Position numbers and translations under genes: made by a program. The notes beneath the pieces are model-generated. The model made no database searches. It saw only the letters and a program-made list of their open reading frames with translations, and was not told the origin of the DNA. Shown in pieces: positions 1 to 8,426 of a stretch of 64,000 nt of DNA (positions are counted from its first letter, which is position 1; each line of letters opens with the position of its first letter). The stretch covers positions 286,470-350,469 of the IMG/VR virus record IMGVR_UViG_3300035180_001778; one strand, written 5' to 3'.

Positions 1-858
1 GTCGTGATTTCGCCCGCTTCGAGCTTGCGCAGGTACTCCGTCTCGGACACAACGCGCTCTTCCAGGAAGACTTTGAGGGCCTTCGTGCCCTCGCAGCTCA
101 GCTCGAAGGGCGGGTACTTCAGGCCGAAGCACTGGCCGACCACGTAGCCCCAACCGGGGCGCTGGTAGCCGTGAAGCATCATCTGGGGCACCGTCTTGCC
201 CGCGAGAAGCCGAAGCTTGTGGTTCGCGAAGCAGCACGAGCATGTGCCCGTGTTATCGCGCGTTCGGGGCTTCTTGTCCGCCTTCTCTTCGTCCGGGGTC
301 TTCGTCCGGGGTCTTCATCCCGAGGGCGTCACTGACCTGCTTGATGAGGTCCGTGTTGGCGACGAGCCAGGGCATGACCTCGTAGATCCGGAGGTACTTG
401 AGGGCGAAGACACCGTTGTTGCCGTAGCGGCTCTGCAACAGCTCGAACACTTTGCCGTTGGGCGCCGTGAAGCGGTAGGCTTCCGCCGCCTGCCACACTT
501 TGTATTCCGTCCCGAAGAGCGGGGTCGTCGAGAAACCCGGCGTCCACGAGCGGAAGTCCTCGACTTCCATGAAGTACTTGGTGCCAGCCACCGGCTCCGC
601 GGGAAGCTCCGAGAGTTCTTCCCTCTTGAGGGTCTCGTACATCGAGCGAGCGACGCTCTCATCGCGTTCGCCGAGGATTTCCTTGGCCTCGGGCGAGCTG
701 AGGTGGCCGTACATCTTGATCAGGCCGACGAACTTCTCGGCCTTCCAGCCACCCAGGAACTCCAGGGCGCTGATGAGCTGCTTGATCGAGACCGAAGCAG
801 TCGCACCCTTGCGGATTTTCTCCAGGAGGGCGGTCATCTTGGGGGTTAGCGTTTTCAT
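1..858 (-). pseudogene. hypothetical protein, frameshifted by a 13-nt tandem duplication; runs off the window edge
   Basis: ORF 253-858 follows a promoter. Removing one TCTTCGTCCGGGG copy opens the frame to base 1 (…TGTCSCCF…HGYQRPGWG…QCFG…PFELSC). Confidence 0.7.
286..316. repeat. 13-nt tandem duplication (2 copies + 5 nt)
   Basis: TCTTCGTCCGGGG at 286-298 and 299-311, then TCTTC. Confidence 0.95.
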
Positions 859-865
859 GAGGGTC

Positions 866-894
866 CTACAGATGTCGCCCGGTCCCGATCAACC
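866..894 (-). promoter_or_regulatory. GGTTGATC-N16-TGTA promoter motif
   Basis: Motif with ATG 858 exactly 8 nt after TGTA; one of 38 copies. Confidence 0.85.
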
Positions 895-900
895 TGATTC

Positions 901-1401
901 TCAGATGTTGACCTTGTAGATGGCCAGAGCTTCAGCCAGCGGGAGAAGATTGAGGATCTTCAGCGCCTTGAGGGTCTGCGCGAGGGTGGGGTAGGCGAGC
1001 ATATCTTTCAGCTCCTCGGCCTTGTAGGTCTTGGTCTGGAAGATGCCCGCCTTGCCTTCCTTGGTGAAGAGGATGCGCTTGCTCGGGGCCTTCTTGAAGT
1101 CCCGCTCCACGATGCTCTCCGTCACGAGGGAGCCCACGAAAGTCTCACCCGTCGGCTGGAAGGTGAAGAAGCCCCCGGGTTCTGACCCGTCCTTGATGTT
1201 GGAGACGAGCTTGGGGAGGGTCGCCGCGTGGGCATTGAGCTGCTCACGGCACTCCCGGGGCTCGATGTGCGTGGCCCCGCCGTGCCCGTCGTTGTGGGCC
1301 GTGCCGAGCTTCTTGCCGTCGAGGTAGATGGCCCCCTCGAAGCAAGTGGTCTCTTTCGAGGCGAACGCGGAAACCTTCAGATTGCGGATCTCGAACTTCA
1401 T
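901..1401 (-). CDS. hypothetical phage protein
   Basis: 166-aa ORF with phage-like codon usage; GGTTGATC 29 nt upstream of the ATG. Confidence 0.8.
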   Translation of the reverse strand: MKFEIRNLKVSAFASKETTCFEGAIYLDGKKLGTAHNDGHGGATHIEPRECREQLNAHAATLPKLVSNIKDGSEPGGFFTFQPTGETFVGSLVTESIVERDFKKAPSKRILFTKEGKAGIFQTKTYKAEELKDMLAYPTLAQTLKALKILNLLPLAEALAIYKVNI

Positions 1402-1431
1402 GGGGGGTCCTTGGTTTTCGTGATTTCCAGA

Positions 1432-1545
1432 TCAACCGAGAACGTCGTCAGACTTCTCGGACGTCGGAATCGCCTTGAGAGCAATGTCCGCCCCAAAGAG
1501 GGCCGACACCAAAAGGACGGTCAGAACAATGGGAAGGGTGAACAT
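1432..1545 (-). CDS. 37-aa hydrophobic peptide (not in ORF track)
   Basis: MFTLPIVLTVLLVSALFGADIALKAIPTSEKSDDVLG. Promoter at exact N8 spacing; the stop is the TGA of the next GGTTGATC. Confidence 0.7.
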   Translation of the reverse strand: MFTLPIVLTVLLVSALFGADIALKAIPTSEKSDDVLG

Positions 1546-1552
1546 GGCGGTC

Positions 1553-1630
1553 CTACAAATTGGAGACCCGAGCGATCAACCGAACACAACCAACAAAATC
1601 TGGTTGATCCAGGGGACCCCCAAAATGTAG
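1553..1630. promoter_or_regulatory. divergent promoter pair
   Basis: Minus copy 1553-1581 and plus copy 1602-1630, both with 16-nt spacers. Confidence 0.85.
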
Positions 1631-1639
1631 ATGACCCCC

Positions 1640-2524
1640 ATGATGAAGACCAGCACGATTGACCCCCGCGTCGAAGAGGCTCAGAAGGTTCTCCAGGACG
1701 GAATCGCCGCGCTAGTCGCTGGTGCCGACTGGAAGAAGTACCTGGAATTTCAAGCGAAATTCCACAACTACTCGCTCTGCAACACCTTCTGGCTGATGGC
1801 TCAGGCCATGCGCCGAGGGATCGAGATCAGCCAGTTCGCCGGGTTCAACACTTGGCGTGACGCGAAGCGCCAGGTCCGCAAGGGCGAGAAGGCGTTCCAG
1901 GTGCTCGCCCCCCTTCGCTACAAGCGCGAGGTCGTGAAGGACGGCACCAAGGAAAACGTATTCGGAATCCGTGGGTTCCGCGTCGCATCAACCTTCGACA
2001 TCTCGCAGACGGACGGCCCGGCCCTCCCCGAGATCGTGTCGCAGCTCCAGGGAACGAGCGAGGAGATCGAGGCGGTCTACGCCTCTCTCGTCAAGTTCTC
2101 CACGGAGATCAACAAGGTGCCCGTCCGTCGGGAAGTGCTCCCGGCCGGCACCAACGGGTACTACAGCCGCGAGGGCTTCATCGTGGTGTCGAGCACCATC
2201 AGTGGGCTCCAGGCGCTCAAGACGCTGGCTCACGAGATCGCCCACTCGATCCTGCACGAGAAGCTGGCCGACTGCCATGACCAGGTGTACCGCGAAGTCG
2301 AGGCCGAATCCACGGCCTTCGTGGTGCTCCACTCCCTCGGGTTCAGCGCGGAGTCCTACTCCTTCGGGTACGTGGCCGGCTGGTCCAAGGGTGACGCCAA
2401 GATCGTCAAGGAGGTCGCCGAGCGTGTCCAGCGGGCTGCGAAGACCATCCTCGGCTCCCTCGTGAAGCCGAAGACCTGGCAAGAGCACCTCGACGACGAC
2501 ATCCTCGAAGACAAGGCGGCGTGA
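1640..2524 (+). CDS. ArdC-like antirestriction protein (ssDNA-binding N-terminus + zincin metallopeptidase)
   Basis: FHNYS..N..L…AGF.TW….R.V.KGEK…FDISQT, HEIAH, EVEAES..FVV, Y..GW motifs. Confidence 0.85.
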   Translation: MMKTSTIDPRVEEAQKVLQDGIAALVAGADWKKYLEFQAKFHNYSLCNTFWLMAQAMRRGIEISQFAGFNTWRDAKRQVRKGEKAFQVLAPLRYKREVVKDGTKENVFGIRGFRVASTFDISQTDGPALPEIVSQLQGTSEEIEAVYASLVKFSTEINKVPVRREVLPAGTNGYYSREGFIVVSSTISGLQALKTLAHEIAHSILHEKLADCHDQVYREVEAESTAFVVLHSLGFSAESYSFGYVAGWSKGDAKIVKEVAERVQRAAKTILGSLVKPKTWQEHLDDDILEDKAA

Positions 2525-2558
2525 AAGAAGGGAGTCTGAGAAATCAGGCTCCCTTCTT
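2525..2558. terminator. intrinsic terminator-like hairpin
   Basis: AAGAAGGGAGTCTGA-GAAA-TCAGGCTCCCTTCTT directly after the stop. Confidence 0.8.
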
Positions 2559-2565
2559 CATTTCC

Positions 2566-2594
2566 GGTTGATCGACAGCTACCCCAGTCTGTAG
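2566..2594 (+). promoter_or_regulatory. promoter for tRNA-like RNA
   Basis: GGTTGATC-N16-TGTAG; RNA 5' G is 8 nt after TGTA. Confidence 0.85.
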
Positions 2595-2601
2595 TCTCCT
2601 T

Positions 2602-2753
2602 GCTGAGACGGCGGAGGTAGCTGGAACGCCCTGGAGCCTGCGACTTTCCTCGGAAGACTTTGGAGTTGCCCGCGTCGGTGACGAGATTGTCTGACCTCGG
2701 AGGGGGACAGAGGACAGGCCAGCTACGAGGGTTCGATTCCCTCTCTCAGTGCC
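2602..2753 (+). ncRNA. tRNA-like RNA with anticodon loop replaced by an ~80-nt structured insert
   Basis: Acceptor GCTGAGA/TCTCAGT; D-arm GCG/CGC with GG; T-arm GAGGG-TTCGATT-CCCTC; stem CTGG/CCAG; 3' G-CC then T-tract. Confidence 0.75.
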
Positions 2754-2837
2754 TTTTTCGGGATGCCTCGATCACCAACCCCTCGGTGAAGCCATCCTTC
2801 TGATTCTGATTCCCACCCATGCCACTCGGAGATCGAT

Positions 2838-3050
2838 ATGGACCAGCCTTGTACGATTATCATCCCCTGGGAGCCCGACGTCTGCATCCGCACCGTCTGG
2901 CATCCCAAGGCACCCACGGGCACCTTCAGCACCCTCAGCCGAGGGCACTTCGACACCAAGGCGGAAGCCCAGACTTGGGCGGATAGGCACCTCGGCCCCA
3001 AGGCGACCTACACGATCGTGAACATCGCCGACCTGCCCGGAACTCGCTGA
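2838..3050 (+). CDS. hypothetical protein
   Basis: 70-aa ORF with phage-like codon usage. Confidence 0.6.
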   Translation: MDQPCTIIIPWEPDVCIRTVWHPKAPTGTFSTLSRGHFDTKAEAQTWADRHLGPKATYTIVNIADLPGTR

Positions 3051-3057
3051 GGATGCC

Positions 3058-3303
3058 GTGAGCAAAGCGAACGGCGGTACGAAGAAGAGACGGTGGGCGA
3101 ACATGAAGCACGCCCACGAGATGCGTTGGGCATGTCCAGGGTGTGGGGGGAGCGTACACACTCCCCGCCAGCCCGTGTATGGCCCCTACTCCAGGAAGCT
3201 TGTGGAAGCTGAAATCCCATACCTTCCCTGGGGAAGCCCCTGCGCTGCTTGTATTCGAGCGTGGGGTGGACGACACCGCCGCCGCCGCCGCCCCACGCGC
3301 TGA
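3058..3303 (+). CDS. hypothetical protein (CxxC)
   Basis: 81-aa ORF filling the gap before the convergent dcd. Confidence 0.4.
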   Translation: MSKANGGTKKRRWANMKHAHEMRWACPGCGGSVHTPRQPVYGPYSRKLVEAEIPYLPWGSPCAACIRAWGGRHRRRRRPTR

Positions 3304-3927
3304 TCACTTCTCGAACTGACGCCAAGCCTGGCTGGCAACAGCCCCCTTGGCGTTTTCGTTCGTGTAGTGTCCGACCTTGTCGTAGGTCTTCCCGACGTGC
3401 CCCGAGATCGTGTGGAACCGGATCTGACAGATCCTCATGCCCGGGTAGACCTGGACCGGATGCACGCAGGTGACCTCCAGGGTGTATTGGCCGTTGAAGC
3501 CAGGATCCCCGTAGCCCGCCGTCTCGTGGACCTTGATGAAGAGGCGTCCAATCGAGGACTTCCCGTCGAGGACCGGAACGAAGTTGTTGGTATGCACCCG
3601 CTCCCGGGTGTGCATCAGATAGCCGATACCCGGCTTGAGGACCCAGCCCGCGATAGGGTCCATCTTGTACTTCGCGACCTCTTGAGGTGTCTTCGCGTCG
3701 AGAATCCCGGTTCTCCCTCCGTAGATGAAGCATCGCCCATCCTCAGTGGAATACGGCGACACTTCATTGTGGTAGACCACCGACGTGTAGACGGCGACTT
3801 CGTCCCCCAGGGTGAGGTCATAGCTCGCCGGGTTGAGCTGGTCCTTGTTGTAGGGGTCGATCTGAATACCCCCCTCCTCGACTTCCCCGCTGATTGCGTC
3901 CCCGGATAGAATCCCTGAGTTCATCAT
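3304..3927 (-). CDS. dcd: dCTP deaminase
   Basis: QLNPASYDLTLG, DGKSSIGRL, TAGYGDPGFNGQYTLE, GMRICQI motifs. Confidence 0.92.
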   Translation of the reverse strand: MMNSGILSGDAISGEVEEGGIQIDPYNKDQLNPASYDLTLGDEVAVYTSVVYHNEVSPYSTEDGRCFIYGGRTGILDAKTPQEVAKYKMDPIAGWVLKPGIGYLMHTRERVHTNNFVPVLDGKSSIGRLFIKVHETAGYGDPGFNGQYTLEVTCVHPVQVYPGMRICQIRFHTISGHVGKTYDKVGHYTNENAKGAVASQAWRQFEK

Positions 3928-3948
3928 CCGGGGCCACTACACCAGAAA

Positions 3949-4434
3949 CTACCAGGTGAGCACGATGCTGTAGTCTCTGCCCTGGTAGTCTTGGGCGTTC
4001 CTGGCGATCTTCACAGAGAGCCCGGACTCCTTGAGTTTGTCGAAGACCGCCCGGCCGATACCCGTGAGAGTGGTGGGATCCAGCATGGTCCAAGGGGAAC
4101 CCGAGACCTTGGTTGGCCACGCCTTGAAGTCGTCCCCGTAGACGAGGTGCATGACCAGGGATTGCTTCTCTCCCTTCGCAGCCTTCTTCCGTGCGGTCTC
4201 GGCGGACTTGGCGATGATCGTGTCGACACGCTTGAGTGCCGCAGCCCGCTTCTTGTCAGCCTGTGCCTGCTCTTTGAGCTTCTGCGCCACGGCCGCCGCT
4301 TGGGTCAGGGCTTGAAGCTCCTGAGTCGTGAGGGGGACTCTACCCGTTTGCTGGGGCGTAGTCGTGGCTTTGGGGGCCGGCTTCTGAGGCTTGTCCCAAA
4401 ATTCCTCCAGGGGGTCATCGTCCAGATTGGGCAT
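3949..4434 (-). CDS. hypothetical protein
   Basis: 161-aa ORF; GGTGTA-N10-ATG upstream. Confidence 0.75.
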   Translation of the reverse strand: MPNLDDDPLEEFWDKPQKPAPKATTTPQQTGRVPLTTQELQALTQAAAVAQKLKEQAQADKKRAAALKRVDTIIAKSAETARKKAAKGEKQSLVMHLVYGDDFKAWPTKVSGSPWTMLDPTTLTGIGRAVFDKLKESGLSVKIARNAQDYQGRDYSIVLTW

Positions 4435-4454
4435 GACCCCCTAATACACCGGAA

Positions 4455-4775
4455 TCAGCCTCGTTGCCCCGCGAATCCGCTGATCTGCTCGTGTCCCGAG
4501 CCGCCGTGGCACTTGCTCGAACCCGGGCCGAAGTAGCGGTCGTTCGAGCTGGTCCGGACACCGCGAACCTTCCGCGGGGGCAAGCGCTCGATCATGTTGA
4601 GCCCGAGCTTCTTGAGGCCCTGGATCACAGGGGTCGCGATCGAGTAACCCAGCTCGAAGGCCAAAGCCTCCGCCTCCGCGAAGCGGAAACTGGTACGGTC
4701 GTCTTCGAGCAGCTCATCGCAGAACGTGCCAAGCGCAGCGGAAACAACCTCGGCTTTGGGGGCAACGTCATTCAT
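4455..4775 (-). CDS. hypothetical protein
   Basis: Start set at ATG 4775 by promoter spacing. Confidence 0.75.
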   Translation of the reverse strand: MNDVAPKAEVVSAALGTFCDELLEDDRTSFRFAEAEALAFELGYSIATPVIQGLKKLGLNMIERLPPRKVRGVRTSSNDRYFGPGSSKCHGGSGHEQISGFAGQRG

Positions 4776-4782
4776 GCCCGAG

Positions 4783-4850
4783 GTACAAGACCCCAAGGGT
4801 CAGGATCAACCTGATTTTTCTTGTTGATCCTGACCCTTCATTCTCTGTAG
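4783..4850. promoter_or_regulatory. divergent promoter pair embedded in a 16-bp inverted repeat
   Basis: AAGGGTCAGGATCAAC (4795-4810) / GTTGATCCTGACCCTT (4823-4838); ATGs 4775 and 4858 both at N8. Confidence 0.85.
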
Positions 4851-4857
4851 GACCCCC

Positions 4858-5430
4858 ATGGACAGCATCGACCACAGCGAAGAAGGTTTCAACGTCGGCA
4901 CCACGTTCGCGAACGATACGTACCGGATTCACCGTTTCTACGGGTCCATCAAGATCACGCACCTCGTCAACGCCGGGAAGCGTGGCAAGAAGTGCCTCGA
5001 AATCTCGGTCTCGGGTCGTCGTGACGAGGTGGGTATGGAGTCGCTCGCGCTGGAGTTCAAGCTCCACGCGCTCCGAAACTGCCCGCTGGAGCGCATGCTC
5101 CAGGCTGTCCAGGAGGCCGTGGAAATCGGCTGCCAGACGTACCAAGAGGAGCTGCGCGGCATCGACGTGATCCCCGGCAACCTCAAGAGCTTCGAGATCA
5201 TCGGCGAGCACGTCTACATGAAAGCCAACGGTCTGGACTTCCTGGTTCGTAACCGGGACGACCAGAACAACGACCCGACCTCGATCCCCACCAACAAGAA
5301 GGCGGCCCCGCTTTTCTATGCCTGGGTCGTCAAGAACGAGGCGGCGATCCCCACGATGTCCTACCATGACGTACTGAAGGCGATGGACGCCCTCACTGTC
5401 GGATATCGTTCTTACTGCGCCGTGTATTGA
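4858..5430 (+). CDS. hypothetical protein
   Basis: 190-aa ORF at exact promoter spacing. Confidence 0.8.
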   Translation: MDSIDHSEEGFNVGTTFANDTYRIHRFYGSIKITHLVNAGKRGKKCLEISVSGRRDEVGMESLALEFKLHALRNCPLERMLQAVQEAVEIGCQTYQEELRGIDVIPGNLKSFEIIGEHVYMKANGLDFLVRNRDDQNNDPTSIPTNKKAAPLFYAWVVKNEAAIPTMSYHDVLKAMDALTVGYRSYCAVY

Positions 5431-5431
5431 G

Positions 5432-5719
5432 ATGTACTCCTACAACCGCACATCCTCCGACACCGGACGCGTCTCGAAGGCTCTCTCAGAAGTCCTTCGA
5501 GCGCTTCCGCAATTTCACGACATGGCGACCAAGCTCCGCCAAGACGCCAAGACCTACCTGGACGCGGCGGAAAGCTTCTCCTCGCACGACCAAGAGGCCA
5601 TGAAAGGCCTCGCTGATGAGGTCGTCATCGGCCGGGTTGGCGAGATGGTGAAGCACCTCGCGGCTCTCGAAAAAGAGCTGGAAGTTCTCCAGCGGATCAA
5701 TCCGCACGAAGATCGCTGA
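5432..5719 (+). CDS. hypothetical protein (MYSYNR start)
   Basis: 95-aa helical ORF abutting the upstream stop. Confidence 0.7.
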   Translation: MYSYNRTSSDTGRVSKALSEVLRALPQFHDMATKLRQDAKTYLDAAESFSSHDQEAMKGLADEVVIGRVGEMVKHLAALEKELEVLQRINPHEDR

Positions 5720-5761
5720 TCTGGTTGATCGGGGGCCGACCCCCCGTGTATTACCCTCACT

Positions 5762-5914
5762 ATGAAGGCTCCCAAGAATCGCACCCAGAAGGGTGCCCGG
5801 TCGCTCATCGTCCTCGGCATGATCCTCACCCGCAAGGGCGGCACGATGAAGCACAAGAACGCCCCCCGGGGCGGTGCCAAGAACAAGCAGGCCAAGTACC
5901 TGTCGGAGGCGTGA
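5762..5914 (+). CDS. 50-aa basic protein (not in ORF track)
   Basis: MKAPKNRTQKGARSLIVLGMILTRKGGTMKHKNAPRGGAKNKQAKYLSEA; promoter 5723-5751. Confidence 0.7.
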   Translation: MKAPKNRTQKGARSLIVLGMILTRKGGTMKHKNAPRGGAKNKQAKYLSEA

Positions 5915-5919
5915 AGAAA

Positions 5920-6132
5920 ATGGCAACGGAACACACGAACATTCTAGGCGGCTCGCGGGTTCTCCCCGTCAAAATCGCGACGGTGCTGAAGGCTCTGCTC
6001 CCATCCGAGCTTCAGCAGTTGAAAGACTACGTCGACTTCGTGGCCCAAGAGGCACACGAAGAAGGCTACGAAGAGGGAGTCAAGGCTGCCGAAGATCGGT
6101 CTTCGCGACCCTTGGTTGGCGAAGGGGACTGA
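5920..6132 (+). CDS. hypothetical protein
   Basis: 70-aa ORF MATEHTNIL…. Confidence 0.6.
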   Translation: MATEHTNILGGSRVLPVKIATVLKALLPSELQQLKDYVDFVAQEAHEEGYEEGVKAAEDRSSRPLVGEGD

Positions 6133-6133
6133 C

Positions 6134-6904
6134 ATGAAACGAACCCTGGTAATCGGAGACGTCCACGGGTGTCTCCACGAGCTGCAAGACCTCCTCCTCA
6201 AATTGGGGTACACCCAAGGGGAGGATCGTCTCGTTTTCCTCGGCGACTTGATCGACAAGGGGCCGGATCCCGTTGGCGTGGTCAAGCTCGCTCGCCTGCT
6301 CAAGGCGGAGTGTATCCTCGGCAACCACGAGGAGTCAGCACTCCGGTGGCGTCGTCATGAGGCTCGCTGCCTCAAGGACCCGAAGTACAAGAACCCGATG
6401 AGAGAAATCTCGGATGAACTGCGAGAGCAGTGGTCCGGCCTCTCAGAGGAAGATGACGCCTGGCTGCGAAGTCTGCCGCTCACCCTGGATCTCGGGAACG
6501 ATATCGTCGCGGTTCACGCGGGCTTTCTTCCTGGTCTGTCGATCGTCGAGCAGCCGGCAGACAAGATCCTGCGTCTTCGCTGGGTCGATGCCGCCGGGAA
6601 GATGGTCCCGCTCCAGGAAGACACCATGGCGGCTCCCGAAGGAGCCCGCGAATGGATGGGCGCCTGGGATGGGAACCACCACGTCATCTATGGGCACGCA
6701 GTACACAGCCTGGAGGTGCCGAAGCTCGTCACAACCGCACATGGGTACGAGACGATCGGAATCGATACGGGCTGTGTTTTTGGGGGGCACCTGACCGCTG
6801 CGGTTGTCGACAAACCCAAAGGGGAATCGGCGCGAATCACCCTCGTCCAGGTGAAAGCCCGGCGAGCGTACCGTGAAGTCCCCCCCGGGACCTTCAACCC
6901 GTAG
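6134..6904 (+). CDS. metallophosphoesterase (PrpA/ApaH/PrpE-like)
   Basis: GDVHG, GDLIDKG, GNHE, HAG, GH, GIDTGC motifs. Confidence 0.9.
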   Translation: MKRTLVIGDVHGCLHELQDLLLKLGYTQGEDRLVFLGDLIDKGPDPVGVVKLARLLKAECILGNHEESALRWRRHEARCLKDPKYKNPMREISDELREQWSGLSEEDDAWLRSLPLTLDLGNDIVAVHAGFLPGLSIVEQPADKILRLRWVDAAGKMVPLQEDTMAAPEGAREWMGAWDGNHHVIYGHAVHSLEVPKLVTTAHGYETIGIDTGCVFGGHLTAAVVDKPKGESARITLVQVKARRAYREVPPGTFNP

Positions 6905-7085
6905 CAGCCAACTTCCGAGGCTGGAACTGGACTTGAGGCTGAGGCTTGGGTTCCGGAGGTGTTGAAGACCTCCGGATGACCTCCGTGTAGAGGGCCTCCG
7001 TCAGCATCTTGGTTGCAGCGGTCGTTGCAGCCAAAGCCTCCATCGAGTCTTGTTCTTCACGGCTAATGCACATGGGTTTACTCAC
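6894..7085 (-). CDS. hypothetical protein
   Basis: 63-aa ORF in a minus-strand run. Confidence 0.45.
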   Translation of the reverse strand: MSKPMCISREEQDSMEALAATTAATKMLTEALYTEVIRRSSTPPEPKPQPQVQFQPRKLAATG

Positions 7086-7106
7086 AGTCTCGCCTGTTGT
7101 AAGGGT

Positions 7107-7634
7107 TTACGGACGCGGCGGAAGTCGAGGCTGAGGGATATCCAGGGCAGCCATCACGCCCCGGAGCATTGCGTTGACGGCAATGATCTCCTCTCGGAGC
7201 CGGATGATTTCCTTGGCGCGCTCTTTCATGTCCGTATCGTAGTCCGCACGAGACACGTAGTCATCGTCGAGGCCATCCTCAACGCGCTTCGTCCTCTCGG
7301 CCACGGTCCGGATCTTGTTCTCCAGCTCCTCGACGACTTCGAGGTTCAAGCCAGATTGCGTACGGCTCCGAGTCAGGAGCTTGGAGACCCACGTCGGAGG
7401 GGCATCCTCGAAGGCGTCAAAGTCCTTCCGGAGACGTCGGACCAGCTCTTCCACCGTGTAGAGGGCAAGAGACATCCCCGTCCGAGGGTCGGTTTCAACC
7501 CCAAGACGTTTCTCCATGTCCGAGACCCTCTTCTTGAGGTCCGCCTGAGTCCCAAAAAACGTCGTGCCCGCGGCCGTGCCTCCAGCCAACAGGCCGGTCA
7601 CAATGCTTTTGACGAGTTCTACCGTGTCCGACAT
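7107..7634 (-). CDS. N-terminally anchored coiled-coil protein
   Basis: Hydrophobic N-terminus followed by heptad-like helical sequence. Confidence 0.7.
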   Translation of the reverse strand: MSDTVELVKSIVTGLLAGGTAAGTTFFGTQADLKKRVSDMEKRLGVETDPRTGMSLALYTVEELVRRLRKDFDAFEDAPPTWVSKLLTRSRTQSGLNLEVVEELENKIRTVAERTKRVEDGLDDDYVSRADYDTDMKERAKEIIRLREEIIAVNAMLRGVMAALDIPQPRLPPRP

Positions 7635-7639
7635 AGCCG

Positions 7640-8176
7640 TTACCCACCCGGTTGGAAGCAGCGGAGACATCGAGGCTCGTACGCCTCAGCACCACCGACG
7701 AGGACCGTTGCCTCACTCTGGATGAGGCGATAAGAGCGACATGCGGAATTTCCGCAGACCGCACAGCGGGATCGCAACTTTCGAACCTCATCCGCGTGAG
7801 CCATGAATGTAGGGAGATGTCCGAAAGGCACCCCCTTCCAGGTCAGGTCGAGCCCTGCAAGGACTACGGAAACCCCTGATAGGATCACATTCAGGACAGC
7901 CGGGACTGCTTCGGCAGAGAGAAACTGGGCTTCGTCGATAGCTATGATGTCGGCACTTGTGGGTAGAGGGAAGGCATCAGGGGAGAGCCAATTCGCGTGG
8001 CACCGGATCCCCTCGTGCGAAATCACCTCGGCCTCAGCATGCCGGGTATCTGTGATCGGCTTGTAGACTTCGACGCTCTTGCCCAGTTTTTCCATCTGGT
8101 GAACCACAGCAAGAAGCGCCGTGGTCTTCCCAGCGAACATGGGGCCCGCGATTACAGTAAGTCGGCCGATTCTCAT
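7640..8176 (-). CDS. tdk: thymidine kinase
   Basis: GPMFAGKTT, IDEAQF, AGLD..WKG.PF, C..CG…YEPRC..C motifs. Confidence 0.93.
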   Translation of the reverse strand: MRIGRLTVIAGPMFAGKTTALLAVVHQMEKLGKSVEVYKPITDTRHAEAEVISHEGIRCHANWLSPDAFPLPTSADIIAIDEAQFLSAEAVPAVLNVILSGVSVVLAGLDLTWKGVPFGHLPTFMAHADEVRKLRSRCAVCGNSACRSYRLIQSEATVLVGGAEAYEPRCLRCFQPGG

Positions 8177-8213
8177 CTGCCGAAGACGGGTCACAAAAGG
8201 AAACCACGGAAAT

Positions 8214-8426
8214 CTACTCAAGATCGTCGAGGAGATGCTCCCAGCCGGTCGGTCTCTTGTCCGCCAGCTCTTGGAGCATCCCGATCTGGAATTCTTTCGC
8301 TTCTTCCTTCGTGATGTTTCCACTGGCGTACTCGTACTCGACGCAGGGACACGAGCGGAACATGATCCGCCCGTTGCAAACGGGGCAGCGGACGGGAGGG
8401 CAATTCTTCCGTCCGTCTCGCATCAT
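8214..8426 (-). CDS. Cys-rich small protein with W-tail
   Basis: CPVC..CPC; ATGA overlap with upstream gene; ends RPTGWEHLLDDLE. Confidence 0.75.
   Translation of the reverse strand: MMRDGRKNCPPVRCPVCNGRIMFRSCPCVEYEYASGNITKEEAKEFQIGMLQELADKRPTGWEHLLDDLE

Noticed and set aside
2602-2753. tmRNA, or tRNA with a group I or BHB intron
   Set aside because: No G3-U70, D-stem intact, too short for tmRNA or a group I intron, no symmetric 3-4-3 BHB, and no splice restores a U33 loop.
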